Assembly (NCBI GenBank): GCA_951406725.2
Contig: OX597818.1
Span: 25,234,001-25,298,000, forward strand
DNA from: Octopus vulgaris
Taxonomy: Eukaryota
Length of the DNA: 64,000 bases
Reading direction: 5' to 3'
Below, piece by piece: positions 27,702 to 41,505 of this stretch; position 1 is the stretch's first letter, and the number at the start of each line of letters is the position of its first letter. Position numbers and translations under genes: made by a program. A model generated the notes under the pieces. That model was not told the origin of the DNA. It made no database searches and saw nothing but the letters and a program-made list of their open reading frames with translations.

Positions 27702-28114
27702 TCTCTTTTACTCTTTACTCTGTTACTTGTTTCAGTCATTTGACTGCGGCCATGCTGGAGCACCGCCTTTAATCGACCAACTCGACCCGGGACTTATTCT
27801 TTTGTAAGCCCAGTACTTATTCTATCGGTCTCTTTTCCCGAACCGCTAAGTAACGGGGACATAAGCACACCAGCATCGGTTGTCAAGCAATGTTAGAGGG
27901 ACAAACACAGAGACACAAACACACACACGCACATATATATATATATATATATACATATATACGATGGGCTTCTTTCAGTTTCCGTCTACCAAATCCACTC
28001 ACAAGGCTTTGGTCGGCCCGAGGCTATAGTAGAAGACACTTGCCCAAGGTGCCACGCAGTGGGGCTGAACCCGGAACCATGTGGTTGGTAAACAAGCTAC
28101 TTACCACACAGCCA
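27702..28114 (-). mobile_element. tRNA-SINE family A, full-length CpG-rich copy
   Basis: Minus strand: TGGCTGTGTGG A-box, GGTTCAGCCC B-box, body, microsatellite spacer, and 3' end gcggtgctccagcatggccgcagtcaaatgactgaaacaagta with a short repeat tail. Confidence 0.88.
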
Positions 28115-28205
28115 CACATATATATATATACATACATATATATCTATATATATACAAACACACACACACACATATATATATATACAAGAATTTTATAGAT
28201 TGAAG

Positions 28206-28257
28206 GTCTTACAGCTGTTTCTAGGATATTTATTAATTATATCCCTTCATCGGAGAC
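28206..28257 (-). ncRNA. Minimal type-I hammerhead motif (U4C variant)
   Basis: GTCT-CCGATGA-A-GGGATAT(aattaataa)ATATCCT-A-GAAAC-AGCT-GTA-AGAC. Stem I is GTCT/AGAC and stem III is the palindrome ACAGCTGT. Confidence 0.7.
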
Positions 28258-28307
28258 GGTGTGAAAAGATAGTTAAACTAACTATGACTTAACTATCCTC
28301 TCACACC

Positions 28308-28359
28308 GTCTCTGATGAAGGGATATAATTAATAATTTTCCTAGATATAGCTGTAAGAC
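28308..28359 (+). ncRNA. Minimal type-I hammerhead motif (GAAAC decayed to GATAT)
   Basis: GTCT-CTGATGA-AGGGATATAATTAATAATTTTCCTA-GATAT-AGCT-GTA-AGAC. Confidence 0.6.
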
Positions 28360-28601
28360 CTATCTATAAATACTCTAATATCTACACAGCCTTGGTTTTT
28401 TATCTTATGCAAAATATTCTTATATACACATGCTGACATAGAACCAATGTTGAACCCTTTATTCGCAATATTACCGAATCTGGAACTTAACTATGATCTG
28501 TCTATAGCACGTATTCAGCATTACCTGACACCTTTGGGTCTCAATGACATCATTATCTCTAATACATACATATATATATACATATTTATGTACATATTTA
28601 T

Positions 28602-28649
<48 letters not shown>

Positions 28650-28652
28650 ACA

Positions 28653-29371
28653 CTAGTGACCGAGACCTTTGGAAATATGCCATGCATGAGAAGACCCGGC
28701 AAGCCAAATGAAACCATAATCTCATAACCTATGCCAGGGGCGTAACCAGCCCACTTGTACGTAACCTTTTCCCTCCTTGGTCACCAAAACTCTGCTTGCG
28801 AAAACCTGTTGAAGCAAACAAAATCAAAATCGATGACTGGCGTCCGTGCTGGCAGGGTGCAAAAAGCACCATATGAGCATGATCATTAACAGAGCGGCTA
28901 ATCAGCTTCTGTGCCAGTGGCATTTAAAAGGCACCATTCGAGCATGATCATTACCAGCATTGCCTTACTGGCACTTGTGCCTGTGCTAGTAGGGTGCCAA
29001 GAGCACCATCCGAGTGTGATCGTTGCCAGAGCAGCCAACTGGCTTCCGTGCCAGTGGCACGTAAAAGAGCACCATTCGAGCGTGATCGTTACCAAAGTCG
29101 CCTTACTGGCACCTGTGCTGGTCACATGTGTAAAAGGATTCGAGTGAGATCATTGCCAGTACCACCTGACTGGACCCTGTGCCGGTGGCACGTAAAAAGC
29201 ATCTACTACACTCTCGAAATGGTTGGCGTTAGGAAGAGCATCTAGCTGTAGAAACTCTGCCAAATCAAGATTGAAGACTGGTGCAACCATCTGGTTCGCC
29301 AGCCCTCAGTCAAAATCGTCCAACCCATGCTAGCATGGAAAGCAGACATTAAACAATGATGATGATGATGA
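28653..29371 (+). mobile_element. RTE LINE 3' end with a six-unit UTR array
   Basis: Last codons DRDLWKYA..EKTRQAK*, then UTR repeat units and a (GAT)n tail. Confidence 0.9.
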
Positions 29372-29374
29372 TAT

Positions 29375-29466
<92 letters not shown>

Positions 29467-29470
<4 letters not shown>

Positions 29471-30345
29471 ATAATAATATGCAGTTTAATGCTGAAAAAT
29501 TCCAGGCCCTGCGCTACCAGCATCCAAAACTGAATATTAAACCTACAGGGTACACCGGTCCACAGGGAATTTCAATCTCAGAGCCTAAGTCAGTGAGGGA
29601 CCTGGGTATCGACATGAGTGATGATACCTCTTTCCAAGTGCACATTACTAGGATGGCGACAAAGTGCAGACGACTGGCTGGATGGATCCTAAGAACATTC
29701 AGAACCAGAGATAAGGAAACAATGATGGTCCCCTGGCGGACATTCGTCCTCAGCCGCCTGGATTACTGCTCACAGCTATGGTCACCCACCAGTGTGAGAT
29801 TAACAGCGGACCCTGAAGCAATCCAGAGAAGATTCACAAAGAAGATTGTCTCTTTCCAACAGCTCTGCTACTGGGAAAGGTTGAAACAGCTAAGACTCCC
29901 TGGTGAGAAGACGGGAGAGGTATGCAGTAATGTATATATGGAAGATCTTGGAAGGAATTGTGCCAAATTTTAGGAATTGAAAGCTACACCAATGCCAGAA
30001 CGGGACGATACTGCATGGTGCCAAAGATCCCAGCAATGCCATCACGCTTCAGGACCAGTTACTGCAACAGCCTGGGTTTCAAGGGCCCACAACTTTTTAA
30101 TATTCCCCCAAAGAGTCTGAGGAACTTGCACAAAGTAGATGTAGGGTTTTTTTAAATCAAAGCTGGACCTCTTCCTATCGAGAGTCCCAGATGAGCCTAC
30201 CTCACGGCAAGAGGTGCAAATGAGGGTAGCTATATCAAATTCCATTCTTCATCAAGTGTCACATATTAGAGGAGGCTCCTAGTAATAACAGTGTAGCGCA
30301 AAATGGCGGTGCATCAGCATGGCCGCAGCTCTGAGCTGAAACTTT
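29467..30345 (+). mobile_element. CR1-group LINE, 5'-truncated, RT C-terminus and 3' UTR
   Basis: NNMQFNAEKF, VRDLGI, LSRLDYCSQLWSP and IQRRFTKKI, with frameshifts. Ends gcggtgcatcagcatggccgcagctctgagctgaaac plus an A-rich tail. Confidence 0.9.
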
Positions 30346-30367
30346 AAAAAAAAGAAAAAGAAAAAAT

Positions 30368-30467
30368 ATGCATATATATGTATATGTATGTGTATATATG
30401 TCTATATATGTATATGTGTATAGGTATATATATATATGTATGTATATATGTATGTATATATGTATGT

Positions 30468-30549
<82 letters not shown>

Positions 30550-30624
30550 GTATATATATATATGTATGTATGTATATGTATGTATGTATATGTATGTATG
30601 TATGTATATATGTATGTATATATG

Positions 30625-30667
<43 letters not shown>

Positions 30668-31327
30668 GTATGTGTATATATGTATGTATATATGTATATG
30701 TATATATGTATGTATATATATGTATTTGTATATATGTATGTATATATGTATGTATGTATATGTATGTATATATATATGTATGTATATAAATGTATGTATA
30801 TAAATGTATGTATGTATATGTATGTATATATATGTTTGTATGTATATAAATGTATGTGTATATAAATGTATGTGTATATAAATGTATGTATATATATATA
30901 TGTATATATATATGTATATATATATGTATATATATATGTATGTATATATATATGTATATATATATGTATATATATATGTATATATATATGTATGTATATA
31001 TGTATGTATATATGTATGTATATATATATATATGTATGTATATATATATATATGTATGTATATATGTATGTATATATATATGTATGTATATATATATGTA
31101 TGTATATATGTATGTATGTATATATGTATGTATGTATATATATATGTATGTATATATGTATGTATGTATATATATATGTATGTATATATATATATGTATG
31201 TATATATGTATGTATGTATATATATATATGTATGTATGTATATATATATATATGTATGTATATATATATATATATGTATGTATGTATATATATATTATAT
31301 GTATGTATGTATATATATATATGTATG

Positions 31328-31360
<33 letters not shown>

Positions 31361-31365
31361 GTATG

Positions 31366-31396
<31 letters not shown>

Positions 31397-31397
31397 G

Positions 31398-31456
<59 letters not shown>

Positions 31457-31797
31457 GTATATATATATGTATGTATGTATGTATATATATGTATGTATGT
31501 ATATATATGTATGTATGTATATATATGTATGTATGTATATGTATGTATGTATGTATATATATATATGTATGTATGTATGTATATATATATATGTATGTAT
31601 GTATGTATATATATATATGTATGTATATATATATATGTATGTATGTATGTATATATATATATGTATGTATATATATATATGTATGTATGTATGTATATAT
31701 ATATATGTATGTATGTATGTATATATATATATGTATGTATATATGTATGTATATATATATATGTATGTATATATGTATGTATATATATATATGTATG

Positions 31798-31830
<33 letters not shown>

Positions 31831-32499
31831 GTATGTATATATATATATATATGTATGTATATATATATATGTATGTATATATATGTATATATGTATGTAT
31901 ATATATGTATATATGTATGTATGTATATATATATATATGTATGTATATATGTATGTATATATGTATGTATATATGTATGTATATATGTATGTATATATGT
32001 ATGTATATATGTATGTATATATGTATATATATATGTATGTATATATATATGTATGTATATATACATGTATGTATATATATATGTATGTATATATATATGT
32101 ATGTATATATATATGTATGTATATATACATGTATGTATATATACATGTATGTATATATACATGTATGTATATATACATGTATGTATATATACATGTATGT
32201 ATATATACATGTATGTATACATGTATGTATATATGTATGTATATTTATATGTATGTATTTATACATGTATGTATATATGTATGTATGCATATATGTATGT
32301 ATATATACATGTATGTATGTATATATACATGTATGTATATATATGTATATATACATGTATGTATATATATGTATATATACATGTATGTATATATGTATGT
32401 ATATATATGTATGTATGTATATATGTATATATATGTATGTATGTGTGTGTATATATATGTGTCTATATACATATCTATGTATGAGTATATTCGTGTTTG

Positions 32500-32527
<28 letters not shown>
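30368..32527. repeat. ~2.1-kb (TA)n/(TATG)n microsatellite field
   Basis: Read directly; explains the 500-640 aa YIH/MYV ORFs. Confidence 0.97.
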
Positions 32528-33593
<1,066 letters not shown>

Positions 33594-34229
33594 AATTATC
33601 CCATCTCCGAATAGCAGTGGTTAATAACTGTTAATTAGTGACATCGAATTCATTTTGTCCATCTCTCCACTTCGTTGTATTCTCCACCCCCACATGTTCA
33701 CAACTAACTTGTTCATTTCCAGAAGGCAAACTTAGTAAGTTAGGTCTTTCCTTCTAACTATTATAATTCTAAACCTTTTCGTTTGAAACAACTTTTGGAC
33801 GTTCCCCCACTTCTTTTTAAACCTTGCTGTCATTATATATATTTTCATTGCTCCTGTCTTGATGCGATAACTAATCATTGTTTCTCTTTTATCTTGCCAT
33901 TAACATTTTTTTACAAACTGTTTAACATGTACCTGTAAAACTAGCATGTTTCCGTCTCTGTTTCTATATAAATTCTCTTTGATTCTGATAATTTTCTCTG
34001 TTGGTGTAACAAAGATCTTTTGAAATGGTTAAATCAAGATAAACATTTATTCACTCATTAGTAAACAAGAGAATTACGTCCAGTTGGTGTGGTAAGTCTT
34101 TAATTAGAGCTTTTTTCCCCCTTTTCTAAAGAATTCTATAATTTTATTTGAAAAGCCGGAAACCACAGATCTTTTGTATCTCCTTACTTTCGTTGTGCAA
34201 TTATTTGTTATAAACCTAAGATGTATTGT

Positions 34230-34275
<46 letters not shown>

Positions 34276-37200
34276 ATGGCAGTTCTCTTGAAGTTTTACT
34301 CATACAGATATACGCAGTCATGTACGAAAGTTGTTTTACATGTATTAAAAACTTATTTACTTTTGAATGGTTACACTCATAATAGATTTGAACTGTAGTT
34401 CGGTTCTCATATATTTATAAAGTTTACTATAAGATGGGCAAAAGTAGCTTGAGTTTGAATTGATTGTCCACTTGAATAATAAAATTCAACGATTTTATAC
34501 GTTTTTATTTATGTGTATCTTAATCAAAAAGTCGTCCGTATAAAATTTATCAGTGAAGTAAGATAATAATTTATTGAAAATAAGTTACATATATGTCTGT
34601 GTATAAGGAAGCCCTAAGAGACTTTTGGCTCATAATGTTTTATTAGCAGCTGCAAGAAATTCTAAACTTAGCTAACTTTGTATAGTTGTCTTTGTAGGTG
34701 TAGTATTGTCAGTGCAGAAAGCAACTTTTGATAATGGATATATATTGATTTCTTACTGAGGCACAAAATATCAGATTTAATGGGTGTAAAAACGAGACTG
34801 TGAGAATCAAGCCTTAGCAGCAACGTATGTGAAGTGGAATAGTTCAAATGAGAATCGAAATCAGGTCGCGCATCGGGTTCGCTAGGAGCTTCTTTCCAGT
34901 GCTCGCCATTGCAATTCAACCATGCCGTTTTTTTTTTTGTCTATCATTTGTTTTAAAATGCATTTGGGTGTTACAGACTCTTTCAGGTGGCCACTACAAT
35001 TAACTATTGATAGTAAATGCAGTAAACAGGAAGTTATATATTAAATTAGCTGACGTGACTGTTTTAACTCTAACCCTAAAAGAATTGCCGTTATGTCTTT
35101 GAAAGAAAGAGTTGTAACTTATAAAATAACCACTAATCATTCAGTTGAAAATGGTTATCACATTTGTGAGGACGATTTATCATACTTGTATATACCATTT
35201 TATTTTGCTATTATGTTTAGGAAGTATTGTGAACACCATATACTAAATTATCTTATTTTAGCCACTGGTTAAAAATCAGAGACCTTTGACAGTCTGCTTA
35301 TAAACCCTATATAATTCAGCTTTTTATCTTATGACATTTCTTAATTGGAGAAAAAAATATAACATTTAAAATATTTTATTTTTTGTCCTGTAGCGAGCCA
35401 TTCAAAATTTTATACGTTTAGGACTAATAAATATTATTTAACGAAATTAGCAGAAGATAGTGACACACATCTAGTTTCGGTATAGATTTACTCTGTTCGT
35501 CTGGCTTGTAAACCCTATTTTGTAATGTTGACCATGATCTTTCATTAGAAACACATGCGCACTCGAATTTTATACAAGTGTACGGTGGCACTAAAATAAT
35601 TTGTCGTTTTCCGTTCTCAAAATACAACTTGGCAGCTAATGTTACTGCTTATGATCCACTTTGATGTATTTTTTTTTACATCCGGTCACATCAACTCAGT
35701 GCCTCTTGTATGTCGGAAGTGTATCCTTTTTGAATTGGATGGTGATTCGTAATAGTTTGTGGACAAATCGACCTCATTGTTTGACATTTCATTTTCTTCC
35801 TGTAACTAATTCATATCCACTGTATTGTTTTGTTTAAAGAAATTAATTCTTTAAAACGTGATGTATTTCGTAACATATTTTCTGATTATCCCCGGAAAGT
35901 TGTTGAAGAGGGGATTTTCTTTTATATCACCGAATTTAAAACCATGATTTTCGGTCTGTTATCTAATTTTTCTTTTTTTATTAAAAACTCCCTTGACAGT
36001 GAATGTTGTTGAATTCTTATTTATAATCTGGAAATCATTGGCACATTCTTCCATTGATTACATTTGTGATACAGTGTAATTATTGTAAAACCTCAGTATT
36101 TCAGTTCTATTGTATTGTGCGTTAATAATCTTCTGTGCTTTATAACTCTTCTTCGCGAATATTCAGAGGTTAATTCAGATAATTGACATAGACATTTCAA
36201 TTTTTTTTACATGTTTTTCTTTTGACAAACTAATTTTAATTTCCACTTTGTGTAGGAGTGTATTCGCTTTCTCTATTAATGATCGACTTCCTTTGGAGAT
36301 ATTTGCTAGTCACTACATTTCAAATCCATGAAATAGTGTTTCATAGTTATAATTTTGAATGAGATACCAATGCTTCCTGTTTGGTAATAGAGAATTTTGG
36401 GCGATTTCCTTTTTGAGGCATAGTAAGATAAATCAACTGTAAGATATTTTTCTCTTGTTTTAATTTTGTAGAAACCGGAGTTTATTATTCACACGAATTA
36501 TATTTTGTGTGCTTAGTTAATATGTAACACGCTATAACACACAGACTGCATCTCAAAATGCAAAAAATAATTGATAACACATGTGACTGATTAGCTCAGG
36601 TTTCCACAATACTTTGCCTTTACTATGTTTAATGTAAAGAACATCCTTTTAAAATGCTTCTGATTGTTTTATGAAAACATCATTAATCTAAAACTCTTTT
36701 TAAACTTGTAAGACATGGCTCCAATAGAAAATTGATGGATTTTGCTGGAATAACCTCTTGGCACATTTCATCGAAATTCTGAATGATATTGACATATTTT
36801 CAAATCCTAAATGTGTAACATTTTTCATAAAGTATTATTATATCTTCATACTGTCTGATTTATAAAAAAATCTTTGTAAAACTGTTATATTTCTAGTTGC
36901 TTTTCAGTCCTAATATTTGCCTTTTATAGTTTGCTTCTATATTTTCTGTCAGTTGTGTACTCTCTGTGTTCCTGTTACAGATTTTGGTTTGTTACTTGTA
37001 GATAGTTCTTTTGAGTATGTCTGGCAATCATAGAATCTTTCTGACTTCTCTTCACACACATACACATTACATGTGCTATGTGGAAGTAAGTTCTCAAAGG
37101 AGCAGTTTTCGGTTACTTTTTTCCTGAGACTAAGAGCTATAAGAGACCACTTCATCTCCAACGATTAACATGTATGGGTGTGAAAATTTACCTTATAGGA

Positions 37201-38329
37201 TGTAAAAGGTTTTCAGTATAAACATTGAACTAGTGTATATAAGAAGAAAAAAATGAAGCAAACAACACTTTACTAAGAAGTACAACTTAGGAAGTTCTGC
37301 ATAGACATTGGTTAGTTATAACATTTTGAATACCATTTTGGTGCTACGCCAAAGTGCATTCAGTACACTTTGTGAGGTAGCTGGCTTTAGAAAGGGCATC
37401 CTGCTATAGAAACTGTATCAATAACATATGACCAAGATAGGGTTTACAATTTGTCTGAGCAGGCTATTATAGAATATGCAGTGGTAAATGGACATTCGGT
37501 TAAGTATCAAACAGAATTTTTGTTCAAATCCTAACTGGGTCAACATCTTCCAAAGTTGTTGAAATAAGTACCAGTGCTGTGGTTTATAACTAACTAAGCC
37601 TATGAATGTGATGTCCTACATGACTGCTGTCGAATGACAAATCGGAAAAAGGAAAACAAAAATCTAAATAGAAACAAAAGATTAAATAAGTGATCAAATC
37701 AATACATTCTGATCTTTGTATGTTGTGAGTTCATTTTGTAATTCAATACCAAAAATATTTAAATGGTTATGGTTTAATTTTCTGGAGTTGTAATTTTTAA
37801 TAGATATTTTGAGAACAAAGTTGGATAGAAAGTGAGTCGGTAATTTTTGTTATTGATTAGTTTCCTTAAAAGTATTAATCTGATAGGAACGGTATTGTAG
37901 TATACAAGCAATCTATTGACCAAAAGACAAAATTGCTTGAGATGCTAGAGAAGATAATTTTATGTTCGTATTATAAAAGACAGCTGTCAATGGTCAAAAC
38001 AATAAGTTAGCCAGGTGTTCAGGGTTAATAGGATTGAAGTATAAAGAATAGGCTGTTTGAGTTGTGTAATACTCTTTAAAAAGTCCATTAGAACATGTAG
38101 TTTGGAGCAAACACTGAGGCTCTAAATGTTTTTGGTGAGAGGTTTTCTCTTTTAATTGAGGGAAGTGCTCTGGACTTCTTTTCCAGAATGTCACCTATAT
38201 TTATTTATTTATTTTTTTGTGGTGGTTCAAGAATGTCTTCTTTAACAGTCTTGAAAGGGTAGGGTGGAGCTTGTGAAGGCTATGGGTACATCCTTTTCCT
38301 TGAAACCATTATATAAAAAAATGTACTGG

Positions 38330-38600
38330 TGCAATAAGTGTCTAGGTAGCATGCGGAAAATTTAAAATTGGTATTATCTGCAGAAGTTCTCTTAGAATTG
38401 ACTGTGAAAAGGTTGTTAATGTAGAGAAGGAAATGTGTTAAACCAAGTTGAACCTTGAGGACATCAATCAAACAGACTGAAAGAGTTGAGAGTCCTATAA
38501 GCATATAGTGCAATGGAATTGTCTTAGAATTTTGGTCCAAGAGATGACACTGGTACATAATATGGGAGAGCAAAACTTTGATAAATTTTTTTCTGTGGAA
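38330..38600 (-). mobile_element. Decayed CR1/L2-group RT fragment
   Basis: Minus strand gives DVPQGS..LGLTHFLLYINNL..SADNT, the QGS and YADDT motif region, with a frameshift. Confidence 0.6.
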
Positions 38601-39744
38601 GCATGCTGATAGTCAGTGAGGAAGGAGAGAGACACACAAGGGGGTGCATGCTTACAGTTGTTTCTAATGTGTTGTTTGTCACCCCCTATGATCAAAAGTA
38701 TTTCAGCTGTGACCAACTCTTTTTAGTGCAACGTAGGACTACATTATTTAATGTATTCTTTTTTGAGGGAGATTTGGCTGCTGTTTCCACTAAGTGACCA
38801 CATAGGTGTTACTAGGAGGGCTAGAGAATTTGCTCTTTTTGGTGGAGCATGTTACATGATTCCAGAAATTAGGCGTACATCTCAGAAGAGAGCAGTATTA
38901 AAAAATTGTTTTTTTCCTGAAATAGAAAAATAAAAAAATAGTTCAATTTTTTTTTTCTGCTCATATCTGCAAATTATCTTATTCTATGACTCTATTTCAG
39001 CTGCATGTTGCTTGCTAATATGTGACTGGAAAAGGGCCATAAAATAAGATAAATTTGTAAAAGTAGAAATGTTCTCTAAAAAGTTATATTGAATGGAAGG
39101 AAAAAAAAATTTTTTTTTTGTAAAGTGGATAAAGAAGATAGGAACTGTACTCTGAGGGTCAGCTGAGCACATTTACACTCAGGGAAGAGGAACACACACA
39201 CATTGAGGTTTATTATATAGTGTAGCTTACAAATGAACCAGCAAAAGGAAACCATTATGAATTAGTGAGGCTCTTAAGAGAATAGTACTAGAATATTGCA
39301 AAACTTTGATAAGTAGTTTTATGCTGAAGATGTTAGAATTGTTACTTATAGCATTGTTTCCTTGTTTAGTTAATTTGGTTGTGCAAAAAAATTCTTTAAT
39401 GACTAATGTAGGAGTATTAAAGTAACTTCTATAATGGTAAGGGTATTTATTACAAAGAAGGAATTACATGTAACTAAAATTTACACACCAAATAATGAAG
39501 ATAACCTAATTTAATGTTAGATATAGTTGAATTATTGTAAATTGCAAAGAAAATGTTTGAAGAATAACATTTTATGAGCATCATTTCATTTTGAAGTTTT
39601 CCATTTTGTTTTATGAAAAATCTGTGGATAACTTGGAGGAGGAGATTAAAAGAGTAGCTTTACAAGTAGTTATTTTCTGTGAGTTCAGTGTTTTTTGGTA
39701 AGTTTTTACACGAGTTCTCTTTGGTTTTGAAGTTATTAAAAAGA

Positions 39745-40028
39745 GTGGCTGTGTGGTAAGTAGCTTGCTTATGAACCACATAGTTCCGGGTTCAGTGCCA
39801 CTGCGTGACACCTTGGGTAAGTGTCTTCTACTGTAGCTTTGGGTCGACCAAAGCCTTGTGAGTGGATTTGGTAGATGGAAGCTGAAAGAAGCCCGTCATA
39901 TATATATATATATAATATGTGTGTGTATGTGTGTATCTGTATTTGTCCCACCAATCTCGCTTGACAATTGATGCTGGTGTGTTTACGTCTCGGTAACTTA
40001 GCGGTTCGGCAAAAAAGACTGATAGAAT
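39745..40028 (+). mobile_element. tRNA-SINE family A, 3'-truncated
   Basis: gtggctgtgtggtaag...gggttcagtgcc...gaaagaagcccgtc...gtaacttagcggttcggcaaaa. Confidence 0.85.
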
Positions 40029-40063
40029 CATAATTTACCATAGGTGTTGTTCAATGTCAGTAT

Positions 40064-40480
40064 ATTTTCTACTCTAGGCACAACGCCTGAAGTTTTTTGG
40101 GAGGGGGCCAGTCGATTAGATTGACCCCAGTACACAACAGGTACTTAATTTATCGACCTCGTAAGGATAAATTTGAACTCAGGACGTAAAGACAGATGAA
40201 AAACCTCTAAGTATTTCGCTCGGCATGCTAACGTTTCTGCCAGCTTGCTACCAAATCCAGTATGAGTATATTCTTTTCTACTCTAGGCACAAAGCCCAAA
40301 ATTTGGGGGGAGGGGCCAGTTGATTAGATTGATCCCAGTACACAACTGGTACTTAATTTATCAACCCCAAAAGGATAAAAGGCAAAGTTGACTTCGGAAT
40401 TTGAACTCAGAACATAAAGACAGATGAAATATCGCTAAGCATTTCACCCAGCATACTAACATTACTGCCAGCTCACTACC
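40064..40480 (-). mobile_element. Tandem pair of tRNA-SINE family B (Meta-domain-like) inside one TSD
   Basis: Copies at ~40066-40252 and ~40274-40480, with a gcctttTatcctttTggggtTgataaattaagtaccag core on the minus strand. Flanking direct repeat TTGTTCARTGTCAGTAT at 40047-40063 and 40481-40497. Confidence 0.82.
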
Positions 40481-41103
40481 TTGTTCAGTGTCAGTATCTT
40501 GCACCATCCAGCCAGCACTTATTGTCTGTTCATATCACATTTATATGTAATATTGTAATACAGTCATGTTTTGTATTTGTTGATGAATGCTTTTAATGCT
40601 AGCTGCTCTCTTAGCTCAATAGTGGTCTGTTGTAGATAGACATCCAATGTATCATGTAAGCCTCTGGATTTGTTGCTTGTATCATTTCCATCTATGATCA
40701 GTTCTTACACTTTCTGAAAGAAAGCTTGGTTGCCTACAAATTTAACAGCTATCAGAATTCTTCCATGATTTTCTTCTGCTGACTACTCTTCAGATACAAT
40801 GAATTCTCTTCACTTAATGTATGTCTTATTACCATGCAATGTCACACCTCTTACACAGGCTTCATAGTATACTATTCACACAAGCATTTTGTCTTCAATA
40901 GAAGTAATGTCATCTGAATTTAATTCACTCACTTTTGCTCTATTATTTCTCTAATCTTCTTCAACATCACTCGGGTTATCATCATTTAATGCCTGTTTTC
41001 TTTGCTGGTGTGCGTTGGATGGTTTGACAGGAGCTTGCAAGTCTGAGGACTGTGTCAACTCTATTGTCTACTTCGAGGTAATAAACCTTCTATTAGCACA
41101 AAT

Positions 41104-41505
41104 GTGACTGTGTACAGAAGTTTGCTTCCCAACCTCATGGGTTATGGTTTTGGATTCAGTTCCACTGCATGGCACATTGGACAAGTGTCTTCTACTATAA
41201 TCTCTTGCCTTGTGAATGGATTTGGTAGATGGAAACTAAAAGAAGCTGGTTGTCTATATATATATATATATGTATGTGTTTGTGTGTACCTTTGTCTTGA
41301 CATCATGTGCTGGTTGTAAACTAGCATCACTGTCATACAAGTAATATTGTTTGTTTCCAATCTTCCATGAAAATATGTCCAGCTATAGGGAAATATTACT
41401 TTGCTGGGAAACATGAAGGTTGGCTGGAGGAAGAGCATCTGGCTGTAGATGTATCACAAATTCTGTCAGCCATATAAGCATGTTAATGTGGACATAATAT
41501 GGTGA
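41104..41505 (+). mobile_element. SINE with a family-A head and an RTE-like tail
   Basis: Head as in 39745-39900, a different body, then ggaagagcatctggctgtag...catg...tggacat...tgatg resembling the RTE terminus. Confidence 0.6.

Larger units (their letters stand above)
28191..28370. mobile_element. Hairpin element made of two inverted Penelope-type pLTR/hammerhead copies
   Basis: Arms ~28205-28276 and 28289-28360 are reverse complements around a 12-nt loop, and each arm holds a hammerhead motif. Confidence 0.72.

Noticed and set aside
27702-28114. A/B boxes as a tRNA gene
   Set aside because: No cloverleaf; this is the tRNA-derived head of a multicopy SINE.
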